Source of the DNA: an uncultured Candidatus Saccharibacteria bacterium
Lineage (GTDB): Bacteria; Patescibacteriota; Minisyncoccia; UBA6257; JAGOQP01
Reading direction: 5' to 3'
Length of the DNA: 64,000 nucleotides
NCBI GenBank assembly: GCA_964420205.1
Contig: CAYQSO010000002.1
Coordinates: forward strand, 7,765 to 71,764
The notes under the pieces were generated by a model. That model made no database searches. It was not told the origin of the DNA and saw only the letters and a program-made list of their open reading frames with translations. Made by a program: the position numbers and the translations under genes. Below, piece after piece: positions 27,662 through 38,353 of the stretch (the stretch's first letter is position 1; each line of letters starts with the position of its first letter).

Positions 27662-27988
27662 TTAGTCCTTAACTGTAAACTCAAATATTGTAAACATTGT
27701 TTCATCACCTATGTCAGAGTATATTTCTGTTAAAACCTCTTCTAGCTCTCTTTTGTCCTGAAAACCGTCATTTTCAGCATCTTGATTTGTTAGAGAAAAT
27801 AAAGTTTTAAATTCTAATCTATCTAAGGTTGCATAAGCAATATCTTCTTCAAAATTATCATTACTGTCTCTTAACGCTTTTAAGACTAAATCCCTACTTT
27901 CAGGGATTCTTACTCCTTTTCGAATAGTAGTAAATTTTTCTCCTGATAAAGTCATTTGAAAATATTCATCTTTAAATAATAATTCCAT
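27662..27988 (-). CDS. ASCH domain protein
   Basis: SGEKFTTIR and DAENDGF motifs. Confidence 0.8.
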   Translation of the reverse strand: MELLFKDEYFQMTLSGEKFTTIRKGVRIPESRDLVLKALRDSNDNFEEDIAYATLDRLEFKTLFSLTNQDAENDGFQDKRELEEVLTEIYSDIGDETMFTIFEFTVKD

Positions 27989-28007
27989 TACCTATTCCCC
28001 AATCTTT

Positions 28008-28829
28008 TTAATAACTCTTAGTTTGAAATCCACTAGCTTTTACATGTCCGCCACCACCGTATTTCTCAGCTAACTTAGAACAGTTTATGTTATCTTTCTT
28101 AGTATAAATAGAAATAGTGTATTGCTGCCCATCATAGAAGAAAGGCATCATCAAATCAAAGTCTTCCTTTACACTGTCAAATAACTTACTCGACGTTTTC
28201 GCTACGTTACAGCAAACTGCTTTATGTCCCTCAAACTCTGCAAAAAACCCAACAGCTTCTATAACCTCTTTATATAACTCAGTTCTATATTGTAAAGCAT
28301 TCCTACCCTTCCCCAATACTTCTTTTAAGCCGTTCCCAAAAACCCAACTCAACCAATTATTACTATTCGGTGAAGTATCAAACAAAACTAAACCCGCTTG
28401 TAAAACATCTAATTGTTTTCCATACTTACCAAAATCCCAGACATCATAATGTCCTACCATTTCTACTGCTTTTGGAACTTTAACATTTGGATTATAATAT
28501 TCCCATGTTAACATGCAACCGGCAGTACCATCTCTTCTTATACCATCAAGAGTTTTGTTCTCTTCTTTATTTTTATTAATCGCTGAAATATGGTGATCAA
28601 TCCATACCACATTTTTAGTAATATCTAATAGTTTTTTAAACTCCCCTTCCTTTTGTAAAGAGAAATCTACTATTATTACTTCTTCATCTTTCTTTATTTT
28701 ATCGAATGGAAAATCTTTATTATAATCCATTTCTATAAGATCGTTATTTTTTACTTTATTTATATTTGCTCTATAAGCTATAAATGCAGAGCATCTTCCA
28801 TCTGCATCATTATGATAAAATATCTTCAT
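28008..28829 (-). CDS. DHH/DHHA1 phosphoesterase
   Basis: YHNDADG, IVDFS, WIDHH and YGGGGHVKASGF motifs. Confidence 0.9.
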   Translation of the reverse strand: MKIFYHNDADGRCSAFIAYRANINKVKNNDLIEMDYNKDFPFDKIKKDEEVIIVDFSLQKEGEFKKLLDITKNVVWIDHHISAINKNKEENKTLDGIRRDGTAGCMLTWEYYNPNVKVPKAVEMVGHYDVWDFGKYGKQLDVLQAGLVLFDTSPNSNNWLSWVFGNGLKEVLGKGRNALQYRTELYKEVIEAVGFFAEFEGHKAVCCNVAKTSSKLFDSVKEDFDLMMPFFYDGQQYTISIYTKKDNINCSKLAEKYGGGGHVKASGFQTKSY

Positions 28830-28855
28830 AATTATTTTCTCCTTTCCTTCAGATT

Positions 28856-28885
28856 ATTATAATCTCTCTATTATATTTTTGTCAA
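28856..28885 (-). promoter_or_regulatory. sigma70-type promoter
   Basis: TTGACA-18 nt-TATAAT. Confidence 0.7.
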
Positions 28886-28894
28886 CTACTCTGT

Positions 28895-30760
28895 TTATAT
28901 TTTCCAACTATATTCTCCATTAGGTTTTTTCAAAATGTTAATTAGAGACACACTACCATTTCTGTATATTATAGCAGAGCTATTCAACCACGTAGATGGT
29001 CCATGATTATAACCCATCCTCAATTTAGATAAGGTTCCTGTTTGGACTACATTCCTATGTATTCTAGGGGAGTGTGAGTGTCCTATAATTGCTTTAGGAT
29101 AGCACTTTTCTATATTTACAGCAGAACCTCTAGCTCCATTTGGTCCTAAAAAACCATGATTAGCACACTGCCACCCTTTTACACAATAGTCCTCATCGAA
29201 ATCTAACCACCTCATACTTATATTGTCTGATAAACCTACCTTTTCCTCCAATGTATACTGTAATGGATTCTTACCCTCCATATAAGCTTTACATATATCT
29301 AAAGCATAATAGCAATTTTGAGCATCATTAAGAAAACGACCATCCTCAATATAGCGTGTCAAGAAAGCGTCGTGGTTGCTTCTTATCACTACTACTTCCC
29401 CATCAATCCAACTACCAACATCCTCTAGATACTCTGCTGTTTGTATACACTCTTTTTCCAAGGACCCTACCCCATTTATAGCATTAGTCGCTCTTATAAT
29501 AGGTTTACTGTAGGTGTGGTGTGATATAGAACCCCCCTCAAACAAGTCATGGAGTAATACAGAATTTGTATTAGTCTCGTAAACTATTTCTTTCATTATT
29601 TCGTGAACTTCATCATCTTTTTCAGAAGCGTGAGAATCCCCAAAAACCATAACAGAGTCTTCCAAATATTCTATAGAGCCATCAGAAAAATACTCTGTAT
29701 TAATATCACAAAAACTTTCAGATTCCTCTATATACTGTATTTGTCTAAAATGAAAAATTTCTTCATCTTCAACTTCTACTACTACTGCACTTACCTTATG
29801 ATCCTGATCTGCAAGCTTGGAAAGCCGTTTACTCATATAAAAATCTGTTTCATAATTATTTACTGTGATTGCACCTGTACTCATTATAGCAATAGGGACT
29901 TTATTATTCCCCGTCGGAACAAACTCAAGAAATTGCTTCGGCGATGCTAAAACCATTGACCCTCTTCCTTGTCCCAATCTAGAAAGCCCTCTAGTAGGGA
30001 GTAGAAATTTCGCACTCACCTTAATATCACTGATAAAAATATTATTATTTAAATAAGTATCTTTAAATACCACGTAACCTAAATCTCTTAATTTTGGATC
30101 TAAGTCCCATTGACATGGCGATTTTCTATTACAAACATCCTCACAAGGTAAAATAAGAGTAAGTGCTTTTTGTCTCTTAGCGTAGTTCTGTAAAGTTTTA
30201 TAAAATCCTTCGTGTACTTTCTTACCGGATACTGCTGTAGTTATTACAAACCTCTTGTATTTTTTAACCTCTTTTCGAAACACTGTATTATAGTCCTCCG
30301 TAAAAGATGTCTCATTAAATACTAGTTTTTTTATTTCTTTATTCTTTTCTGCTGTCTCATTAAAAAGTTCTATAATAGAATTGAAATGTTTCCTTATTGT
30401 TCTCCTATCAATCATAGAATAAGTGACAAATTCCTCTAATGACGGAATTCTATTTAATTCCTTAATATAGTCTGAGAAAACCTCTATTATCGAATCTTTT
30501 TCTACTAAAATCTCATCTTTCTTTTCTCTGTTTTCTTTTATAATTATTGGCTTAGGAAAAAATAGATTTAACGCATTCCTGTAACCCCCGATCTGGAATA
30601 AGTTATCTTTATGTAAATATACAATTTTGTTTTCCAGGCACGTTCTACAATACTCGTCTCTCTTAATACGCCATGGTTCTTTTTTAAGTATTTTAGCTAC
30701 CTCTTGTAAAGACTCTTTAAAAATACACGTCAATTCTTGTAAATTACTACTTCTTACCAT
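28895..30760 (-). CDS. T5 A1-like protein with metallophosphoesterase domain
   Basis: GDSH, LHDLF, SNHD, HGFLGPNGARGS, GHSHSP and MGYNHGPSTW motifs. Confidence 0.7.
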   Translation of the reverse strand: MVRSSNLQELTCIFKESLQEVAKILKKEPWRIKRDEYCRTCLENKIVYLHKDNLFQIGGYRNALNLFFPKPIIIKENREKKDEILVEKDSIIEVFSDYIKELNRIPSLEEFVTYSMIDRRTIRKHFNSIIELFNETAEKNKEIKKLVFNETSFTEDYNTVFRKEVKKYKRFVITTAVSGKKVHEGFYKTLQNYAKRQKALTLILPCEDVCNRKSPCQWDLDPKLRDLGYVVFKDTYLNNNIFISDIKVSAKFLLPTRGLSRLGQGRGSMVLASPKQFLEFVPTGNNKVPIAIMSTGAITVNNYETDFYMSKRLSKLADQDHKVSAVVVEVEDEEIFHFRQIQYIEESESFCDINTEYFSDGSIEYLEDSVMVFGDSHASEKDDEVHEIMKEIVYETNTNSVLLHDLFEGGSISHHTYSKPIIRATNAINGVGSLEKECIQTAEYLEDVGSWIDGEVVVIRSNHDAFLTRYIEDGRFLNDAQNCYYALDICKAYMEGKNPLQYTLEEKVGLSDNISMRWLDFDEDYCVKGWQCANHGFLGPNGARGSAVNIEKCYPKAIIGHSHSPRIHRNVVQTGTLSKLRMGYNHGPSTWLNSSAIIYRNGSVSLINILKKPNGEYSWKI

Positions 30761-30887
30761 TTAAATTCCTCTATTTAATTAAATACTTTTATATTTTAAT
30801 GTATTTTACTCAACGAGTACCCAATTAAAGAATTGTTTTATATTTAATAAATCCCCTGAGACAACTCTTCCATACACCCAAAAAACA

Positions 30888-32115
30888 TTAAACAATAACC
30901 CATCCTTTATTCCCAAAATAATTAAGTAAACTATTCCTATCTTTTGTTTCATATACTTCTAAATAGGTACCGTTATCTTGCATTATTGCTAATCCATAAG
31001 ATAATACCCCCATTTCTAATTCACTGCCACTAGTTTCTTTAGGATAAGATAAACACTTATATGTTATTTTAGCACACGGAATAGTAATTGTGAAGCTTTT
31101 ATGAGAAATTTTATTTAATAATCCGTGAAAATCTATACTATTTTTCATTATAAAATCTTTCTAATATATCATCTGTTATTTTTCTAACTGTGATTGAATA
31201 AGAATACAAATTAAACATATTAATTAAACTTAAATGTTCGAAGTACACGTGTACTACCTTATTACTTTTAAACAAGACAATAATTTTATATTTAAGTGTT
31301 CGATGATCATAGTCTACTGCTACATAATCTATAATATTCTTACTTCTTAAATAATATTTTAAATATTTAAGAAGTCTATCTACTTCGTTAAACTTTTTCC
31401 AACTCTGTTTATGTTCTACTTCAATAGAACTGAACCAACATAAAATATCTTCTTTTATTTTATTGAAACTTAAACTTATTCTCAACCTAATTCTATCCCA
31501 TTATCGTTATAAAATTCTATCGCAGAAGAAATAGCGTCCTCCATTTTTTCTACATCATCTGTCCTATAACCCTTTTCAATAATATAATAAAGTTCTTTTA
31601 TTAATTTGTATTGCCTATTAGCCTCATCTATATAAGATTCCATATCATTTATTGTAAAATTTAAATCATCTATTTTTTCTTCTAACTCATCTATTTCTGA
31701 CACTAAATCTTGAGAAAAACCACGTCCCGTTTCTAATTTTACTCGTTTTTCTAAACATTCAAAAGAACAGTAAAAATCTCCATTATATTTAATAGAGTTC
31801 TCGTCTATTCTTGGAGAGTAACATGTATTACATAAACTTATTATCATCTTATCCTTTTATATTTAATTTACTACCAGTATGTTTATTATACAAATTATTT
31901 TGTTTATTAAATAGTATATCCTCTACCTTATGCTTCATTTTATTGTGCCATGCTAACACACTCTGTCTTTCCGTCTTTTGTGGATTAAAAAATGTTACTT
32001 CGCTTTTATTAGTTGACAACATCTCTTTTAATCCTCGAATTTCACCTTCACTAAATTTAAGATAAAGTGGGATATTTAAAGAATTTAAACTACTATAGCC
32101 TACTCTTACTTCCAC
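30888..32115 (-). CDS. run of four small hypothetical proteins (30888-31148, 31138-31485, 31482-31847, 31849-32115)
   Basis: Overlapping stop/start packing; 31482..31847 has CNTC...YCSFEC. Confidence 0.5.
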
Positions 32116-32125
32116 TTACTTACCT

Positions 32126-32947
32126 CTATTCTTCTATCTCATTTGAATCTGGTTCAGCAAAACACATGTTTTCTTTCTTAGGTTTTAAACCACAACTTTT
32201 AAATTCATTACAGTACCCTAAAGAAAAACATTTAGGTTTAAGATACGGTTTAAGCCAATTCTCCTTTTTTAAAACCTCTAATGCCATTTCCTTAACCAAC
32301 GCCCTAATTTCTTGTTGAGCATTATTACACATTCTTAAGTTACATAAATGTATCAATGCTTGTAAATTACACGTAACTACTACATTTGTTTTGAAATTTA
32401 ACCCTAAAATACCCCTAGCATCTTCTGCTTTTACCCCCCTTTGAACAAGTTGTCTATAACTCAGCATGCTGTTAAAACAGGCTACTTTATATAATTCTAG
32501 TTGTTCCTCAGTTTTAAGATTGGGTATTACATAATACTTTTCTACGTCTACTTTTTTTAACGTTTCAAAATCAAACTCAACATATCTCATTGACTGTTGA
32601 GAGTAAGCAAACCCTGCAATATGCCTTTCTAACTGATTAATACAAGCCCTACTTACACCACTTAATGTAAATACAAAATTAATATGTCTAAGTACTGATA
32701 AATGCCCAGAATTAATAACCTTATTTACAAGAGATAAAACTTTTTTAGTATTTACTTTATTTACTTTTTCACAAGTACCTAACTCAAATAATAGACAAAT
32801 AGGATCGTGTTCACTTGTGCAATCTTTACAAGGGTTAATAACTTCTTCAAAGATTGCTTCAGGCGTTTGTTCTGAATAACACGTCCTACACGCTGTATAT
32901 ATTATTTCTTTTAAATTATTTGGTTTACTTATTAATTTTACTTCCAT
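32126..32947 (-). CDS. thyX: FAD-dependent thymidylate synthase
   Basis: GHLSVLRH, GVSRAC..QLERH...SQQSMRYV, EDARGIL and AQQEIR motifs. Confidence 0.92.
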   Translation of the reverse strand: MEVKLISKPNNLKEIIYTACRTCYSEQTPEAIFEEVINPCKDCTSEHDPICLLFELGTCEKVNKVNTKKVLSLVNKVINSGHLSVLRHINFVFTLSGVSRACINQLERHIAGFAYSQQSMRYVEFDFETLKKVDVEKYYVIPNLKTEEQLELYKVACFNSMLSYRQLVQRGVKAEDARGILGLNFKTNVVVTCNLQALIHLCNLRMCNNAQQEIRALVKEMALEVLKKENWLKPYLKPKCFSLGYCNEFKSCGLKPKKENMCFAEPDSNEIEE

Positions 32948-32956
32948 CCTATTCTC

Positions 32957-33802
32957 CTACTTTATGAAATGCAGATAACCTGTTTTAGGTTTCCACTTTA
33001 TTACATCGAAAGCGCTATTATGTAAAAAATAATGCAGCCCCGTAGAATCTACAATCCCATGCCCATTTTCACTTACGTATAGGGCGATAGGTTCGTTTAT
33101 CTTCTCTACTACACTACTATCTTTTAAATATACTCTGTAACTTTCTGAAGATATGTCAGTAAATTCTAAACCAGACTTATTTATTAAGTCTTCAAACTTT
33201 AAAGTGTTTTCAACAGATTTTTGCTTTACACTTGGTGGTCTTTCCTCTGAACAATCTTTTGGCGGTTCATTTGTTCCAAATTTTTCTTTTTTAAATTCAG
33301 TTAAATAATCCCTCCGAGAATCATTCAGCACATGAACGTTATCACTTAACTCAGAGTTTGTAAAATTCCCAATACTTAAAATATTATCAGAGTTTTTTAA
33401 TTCCAGGGCGTCAGCAGCTTTTTGTGCTAATTCAGATTCTAACTTTAACTCTTCTTGGGGGTCATACCTATGTGCCCTAATTTCAAGTTTACCGTCTATT
33501 ACATATGTATAGGTTTCATCCCAATCCCCAGACTTTTCTCTTCTATTACTCACATCTTCTACATTTTCAAACATCACTGTGTTAAAAGATATGGGATAAT
33601 CTTTCTTTCCTGAAGAGTAATGGTAAGAATAAATTTCTTTTAGATAAACTCCAGAGTTGCTTCTCCCTATTCTTATGGGTTCTGAAACTTCATATTCTTC
33701 ACCTTCTTTTAAGAACTTATTTGCGTATTTTCTCTCGCTATCATACCCATTTTTATTATGATAACGTACTTTATCACCTATTCTTGTTTTATAAATATCC
33801 AT
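32957..33802 (-). CDS. hypothetical protein, possibly a two-domain fusion
   Basis: 281 aa; ordered N- and C-terminal parts joined by a low-complexity linker. Confidence 0.55.
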   Translation of the reverse strand: MDIYKTRIGDKVRYHNKNGYDSERKYANKFLKEGEEYEVSEPIRIGRSNSGVYLKEIYSYHYSSGKKDYPISFNTVMFENVEDVSNRREKSGDWDETYTYVIDGKLEIRAHRYDPQEELKLESELAQKAADALELKNSDNILSIGNFTNSELSDNVHVLNDSRRDYLTEFKKEKFGTNEPPKDCSEERPPSVKQKSVENTLKFEDLINKSGLEFTDISSESYRVYLKDSSVVEKINEPIALYVSENGHGIVDSTGLHYFLHNSAFDVIKWKPKTGYLHFIK

Positions 33803-33804
33803 CT

Positions 33805-34116
33805 CTATCCTCTTTTATAGCAATCCATTAAATAAGTATAGTCCATGTCACTACAATCCCCTTTATCTGACCAAAAAGACCAGTCTACAGTGTCGTCTCT
33901 TTGTAATACAACACTATCATCTTTAGCCCAATTTTCTATAAAATCCCACTCTACTTTAGAAAACTCGTCTGCTCTATCGAAAAAATTTCTCGGTCTCCAG
34001 TTAGGTATTTTAAAAACATGCATTATGTCGGGGAAAACACTACCTATAAAGCTACCTTTACCTAAGTGTAGGACTTCTTTTATATTTGGTTTTACTAAAT
34101 AAAATTCTGTTGCCAT
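33805..34116 (-). CDS. hypothetical protein (paralog of 26472..26795)
   Basis: MATEFYLVKPNIKEVLHLGKG N-terminus. Confidence 0.55.
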   Translation of the reverse strand: MATEFYLVKPNIKEVLHLGKGSFIGSVFPDIMHVFKIPNWRPRNFFDRADEFSKVEWDFIENWAKDDSVVLQRDDTVDWSFWSDKGDCSDMDYTYLMDCYKRG

Positions 34117-34363
34117 TTTTATTCCATTGTCTATAAAATTAAATAAAATAAGTTTACTTCCTAATATGTCTTTATTCCTCGTAAGGGTATTTCTTTATGT
34201 TTAACCAAGTCCTTAAATCTTCAAAACAGTCCCAACAAATATAACACAATGTATCTGTTGAAAATCCCGAATCTAATAGTAACCTTGGTTTTCTGTAGTC
34301 ATTTTTTTAACTCTTTTCCACACTTAAGACAATTTTCTTTTAACATAATTAATCTCCTATTTA

Positions 34364-35056
34364 CTAAAAATCTGCCTCTCCAATTATTCTACAAAAAGCG
34401 TCTTGCACACTTTCACCGTTCTTCATTTTTCTGCTGAACCCAACAACCCCGCCTTTCCAACTTCCCTTATCACTCCCTATTTCCCTATCAAATTCTATGT
34501 TAAGATCTTGTATTACTCTTTTCGGAAACAATTTCCAAATACCTAATTTCTTTAGAATTCTCCAACTACCTATCCATCTTTCCATTGAACAAGTCGCTAC
34601 TGCTTTCTGATTTAATACATCTTCTGGTAAATGTTCTTTCCACGATGGTAAGCAGTATCTTAAACCAAATTGCCATGTCTTTAATCTATTCTCTTTAAAC
34701 CAATAACGTTCTTTCTCTGTTAAATTCTCCCAGTTTTCCTCTTCTATAATGTCTTCCTTCCACATACCATTTACTGTATAATACTCTTTCGCTACTTGCT
34801 CTATCATCCACGGCATATAAAATATTCGCCAGTTCTGTGGTATCTCTTTACCTATTGGTTTAAAACCTTCACAAACTCCCCAATGAACATATAAACTACC
34901 ATTATCATAAGATACCTCATATTTGTATGTAAGTAACCTATCTAATGATTTAGACACTGGAATGTACCACTTATCATTTATTTTTAAGCACCAAGGGGCT
35001 TTTTGCCCCACGATGCTCTTTTTCGTATAATTAACTAATGCAATACCAAATTTCAT
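34364..35056 (-). CDS. Trp-rich hypothetical protein
   Basis: 230 aa; EIGSDKGSWKGG near the C-terminus; AGGAG RBS. Confidence 0.6.
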   Translation of the reverse strand: MKFGIALVNYTKKSIVGQKAPWCLKINDKWYIPVSKSLDRLLTYKYEVSYDNGSLYVHWGVCEGFKPIGKEIPQNWRIFYMPWMIEQVAKEYYTVNGMWKEDIIEEENWENLTEKERYWFKENRLKTWQFGLRYCLPSWKEHLPEDVLNQKAVATCSMERWIGSWRILKKLGIWKLFPKRVIQDLNIEFDREIGSDKGSWKGGVVGFSRKMKNGESVQDAFCRIIGEADF

Positions 35057-35251
35057 TTAAAACTCCTAAACCTACAAAACAAACACTTTATTTTCTTTAT
35101 CTTCCTCTAACATGTCGGGTAAATGAAAACTACAACTATAAGTCAATTCGTAAGGTTTATTTTGATATTGAATTTCGAATTCTGCTTTTCTATTACATTT
35201 TTCATAACAACAAACTAAAGTATCTTTCATAATTTACTCCTCTTATAACTA

Positions 35252-36727
35252 CTAATCGTTAATTATCTCACCACCATCATCTAACTGTTTTTTAAACCAA
35301 TCAGGTTTAGAATTATTAATAGAAGTATTTTGATCTACTGCACCTACTACTTCTTTTCCATCTACCATAGAACCAAAAACCGTTGGTAATTGAATTCCAG
35401 CTTGTTTAGCTAAGTCCTGCATTTGTGGAATCGTACCCATAATATCTCTTGCAAGACCTGAAATAAGACCCTGACCATCTTTTCCACTACTATTTCCAGA
35501 ATCCCAAATAGTAAGTTTATCAATTTTAAGATTTTCAAGAGCTTTAACCTGTTCTTTAATAATAGGTTCAATCTTATCAAGCATTAAATATCCGTTTGCC
35601 ATTGCAGGGTTTCCTCCAGCAGCTTCTACTAGCTTTTTATAACCATCTGCTTGCGCTTTCAGAACCTTCTCAATACCATCTGCTTCTGCATAATACTTAG
35701 CTTTTACAGCGTCTGCCTCGCCTTGAGCTATTCTACGAATTCTCTCTGCTTCTGCTTCTGCTTGTACTGCTATTTTCTGTTTCTCAATTTCTTCTCTTAC
35801 AACTTCTTCTTTTTCTAAGCGAGCTTTTTCTGTAAGTTTCTGTGCCTCTGCTACAGCTTTCTCTGCTTCTGCCTTTGCTATGTCACCTTTTCTCATAGTT
35901 TCAGCTTCCTTAATCTTTAACTGAGCATTTGTTTCAGCAATCACCATTTTAGAAGTATTCTCACCTTCTACAGCAGTTGCATTTAATTCAGCAGTTTTTA
36001 TCCTCCTTTCCTGTTCTGCTCCCACCTGACCAATATTTGTCTGAGCCATTTGCTGTGCCACTTCAACTTCTCTACCTCTTACAGCTTTTGCCTCTCCTGT
36101 AGCACCGAACTGTTCCTGTTGTGCAACTTCTACTCTTGCTTTGTTTATTGCTTCTGAGGCCGCTTTCTTGCCTATGGCTTCAATATAACCAGACTCATCT
36201 GTGATATCTGTTATATTTACATTAATAAGACTTAATCCAATTTTATTAAGTTCTTCTTCTACATTAGTATTGATTTGGTTTAAGAATTTTTCTCTATCTT
36301 GATTAATTTCTTCTATAGTTAAAGTTGCTGCTACTAACCTTAGTTGGCCAAATATAATATCCCTAGCCTGTTCTACTATTTCCTTTTCTGAAAAATCTAA
36401 CAATCTTTCTGCTGCATTCTGCATAAGTTCATCTTTTGTTGACACTGCAAAAGTAAACGTAGAAGGAATATTAATTCTAATATTCGTCTTAGATAAAGCT
36501 CCTTTAAGGTCAATATCAGCTACCATAGGATGTAATGATAAGTACCCGTAGTCTTGTAAAATAGGAATTACGAATTTACCACCACCATGATAACTCTGAG
36601 CAGATTTACTACCTGTTTTACCAAAAACTACTAAAATCTGATTAGAAGAACAACGTTTATACTGCGCTATAAAAACAGTAGATGCTACTCCTAATCCACC
36701 TAAACCAAATAAACTTTCTAAAATCAT
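35252..36727 (-). CDS. flotillin/SPFH family protein
   Basis: N-terminal membrane anchor; HGGGKFVIP, EEINQDREKF, NVNITDITD; AEAE-rich coil. Confidence 0.92.
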   Translation of the reverse strand: MILESLFGLGGLGVASTVFIAQYKRCSSNQILVVFGKTGSKSAQSYHGGGKFVIPILQDYGYLSLHPMVADIDLKGALSKTNIRINIPSTFTFAVSTKDELMQNAAERLLDFSEKEIVEQARDIIFGQLRLVAATLTIEEINQDREKFLNQINTNVEEELNKIGLSLINVNITDITDESGYIEAIGKKAASEAINKARVEVAQQEQFGATGEAKAVRGREVEVAQQMAQTNIGQVGAEQERRIKTAELNATAVEGENTSKMVIAETNAQLKIKEAETMRKGDIAKAEAEKAVAEAQKLTEKARLEKEEVVREEIEKQKIAVQAEAEAERIRRIAQGEADAVKAKYYAEADGIEKVLKAQADGYKKLVEAAGGNPAMANGYLMLDKIEPIIKEQVKALENLKIDKLTIWDSGNSSGKDGQGLISGLARDIMGTIPQMQDLAKQAGIQLPTVFGSMVDGKEVVGAVDQNTSINNSKPDWFKKQLDDGGEIIND

Positions 36728-36865
36728 TTTGTACTCTCTCTTTCTTTTTAATGTGTATTTTACTAACTATTAACTTACTTAATGTATATTATATTAACTA
36801 TTAATTTTTTAAAACCTATTATACCTGTTATTAATGTTCCTGAAACCCTTATAGAGTATATTATA

Positions 36866-37664
36866 TTATATTTCTTTTAATTTATTTTGCATAAGTAATA
36901 TTTCTTCTACGAACAAATCTCTCATATCTTTCTCATTTCTAAAATTATAAATTTTAACTACACCTGACTTATATACTATAGATACTATATAATCTGTTTT
37001 ATCTAAAAACTCACCAAAATCAATATCTACTTCCATTGAAAGTATCTCATCTATATCTATATAATAATCACTACAAATCTCAGTTAGCATACTACTATCC
37101 TAATTTCTCCATATTAATACAAATCTACATCTAAATAATCACATTGTTCACGTATTTCGTCATCTATAGACTATCTTCCTTTATCTATGCATCCTATATG
37201 TTTATTAATCAATGCTTTCACATAATCATCTTCTCTATTATCTTTCAATTCTATTATAATGTTATCTTCAAATACCTTAACAGAAAAATATTTTAAGTCT
37301 AAATCAGCTATTAAATCTTTTAAGTTATCTTTAAAATCATCATGACCTAAATATTCAGAAGCACCTGAGTAAGCATTGAAAACTCTCCCCATTATAAACT
37401 ACTTTCTACCTCCATAAATAATTTGCTTACGAAATAATCTAAAGAATTATATGTAATTTTAATATCTTTTATCATAATTTGAACAGGTTTTAAATCGTTA
37501 ATATATTTCAATAAATGCGATATATCATCATAATGAGTTGAATCTAGTTGAACTAATAAACTTATACAAGCTACTCCTGTCTTTTTAACAAACACTCTTT
37601 TTACAGATGGCCTTCTTTTTAATTCCTCTATCAAATATTCCTCACTTCCAAATTTAGACATCAC
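36866..37664 (-). CDS. three small hypothetical proteins (36866-37090, 37171-37392, 37392-37664)
   Basis: Co-oriented short ORFs. Confidence 0.5.
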
Positions 37665-38047
37665 ACCTTACCCACTAATATTTCGTAAATATCTCTAACA
37701 ATATATATGTCATCCCATTCTTCATCTGTAATTTCAATATTAAACTCATCTTCTAAAGCCATCACTAGCTCAACTTCATCTAAATAGTCTAAGGATAGAT
37801 CTTCATAAATATTAGAATCTATATCTATTACTATATCACTCCCTCTTAAATAAGTAAAGTACTTATAAAGAACATCATAAATTTTATTTAATACATCATT
37901 ATCTAAGGAATCTTCTCTATCATTTTTATAATAATTCTGATAGTAATAATAAACATCGTAACATTCTTCATATCTTGTAATATAATCGGAATAACTATGT
38001 ATTAATTTAATAAGTTGTTCTTTATTTAGTTTTTTAAGGTCTAACAC
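37661..38047 (-). CDS. acyl-carrier-protein-like domain protein with Ser replaced by Tyr at the attachment site
   Basis: EDLSLDYLDEVELVMALEDEFNIEITDEE matches ACP DLGxDSLDxVELVMALEEEFxIEIxDEE. Confidence 0.75.
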   Translation of the reverse strand: MLDLKKLNKEQLIKLIHSYSDYITRYEECYDVYYYYQNYYKNDREDSLDNDVLNKIYDVLYKYFTYLRGSDIVIDIDSNIYEDLSLDYLDEVELVMALEDEFNIEITDEEWDDIYIVRDIYEILVGKV

Positions 38048-38268
38048 TAAGACTCTCCATATCTTCTGTAAGCTTCTGATTTAGGGTCAAATACCCCTTC
38101 GGATTCTAAATAAACCAATTTAACACACCCTAATTCCATACCAACGTCTTCCTGTACATATAAGTCTCCTAAGTAAGGTGACTTTCCTAATTGCTGTGAT
38201 AAATAACCTATCCAATTAGTTTTATTTTCTTTGTACGTTTTAGGATGAACCTTTACTACAAATCCCAA
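38047..38268 (-). CDS. hypothetical protein
   Basis: 73 aa; AAGGAG RBS. Confidence 0.55.
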   Translation of the reverse strand: MGFVVKVHPKTYKENKTNWIGYLSQQLGKSPYLGDLYVQEDVGMELGCVKLVYLESEGVFDPKSEAYRRYGES

Positions 38269-38310
38269 ATTTATTTCTCCTTAAATAAAAATAGTTTACT
38301 ATTTATTAGA

Positions 38311-38339
38311 ATAATAAACTACTTTTTATCTTGTGTCAA
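38311..38339 (-). promoter_or_regulatory. sigma70-type promoter
   Basis: TTGACA-17 nt-TATTAT. Confidence 0.7.
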
Positions 38340-38353
38340 TACGTAGATTTATT

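Noticed and set aside
27988-28025. DHH gene ending GFQTKSY* as programmed recoding
   Set aside because: One added base gives TKELLKRLGNR* with TAATG coupling to the next gene. A simple indel is the most economical reading, and it lowers confidence in the other frameshifts too.
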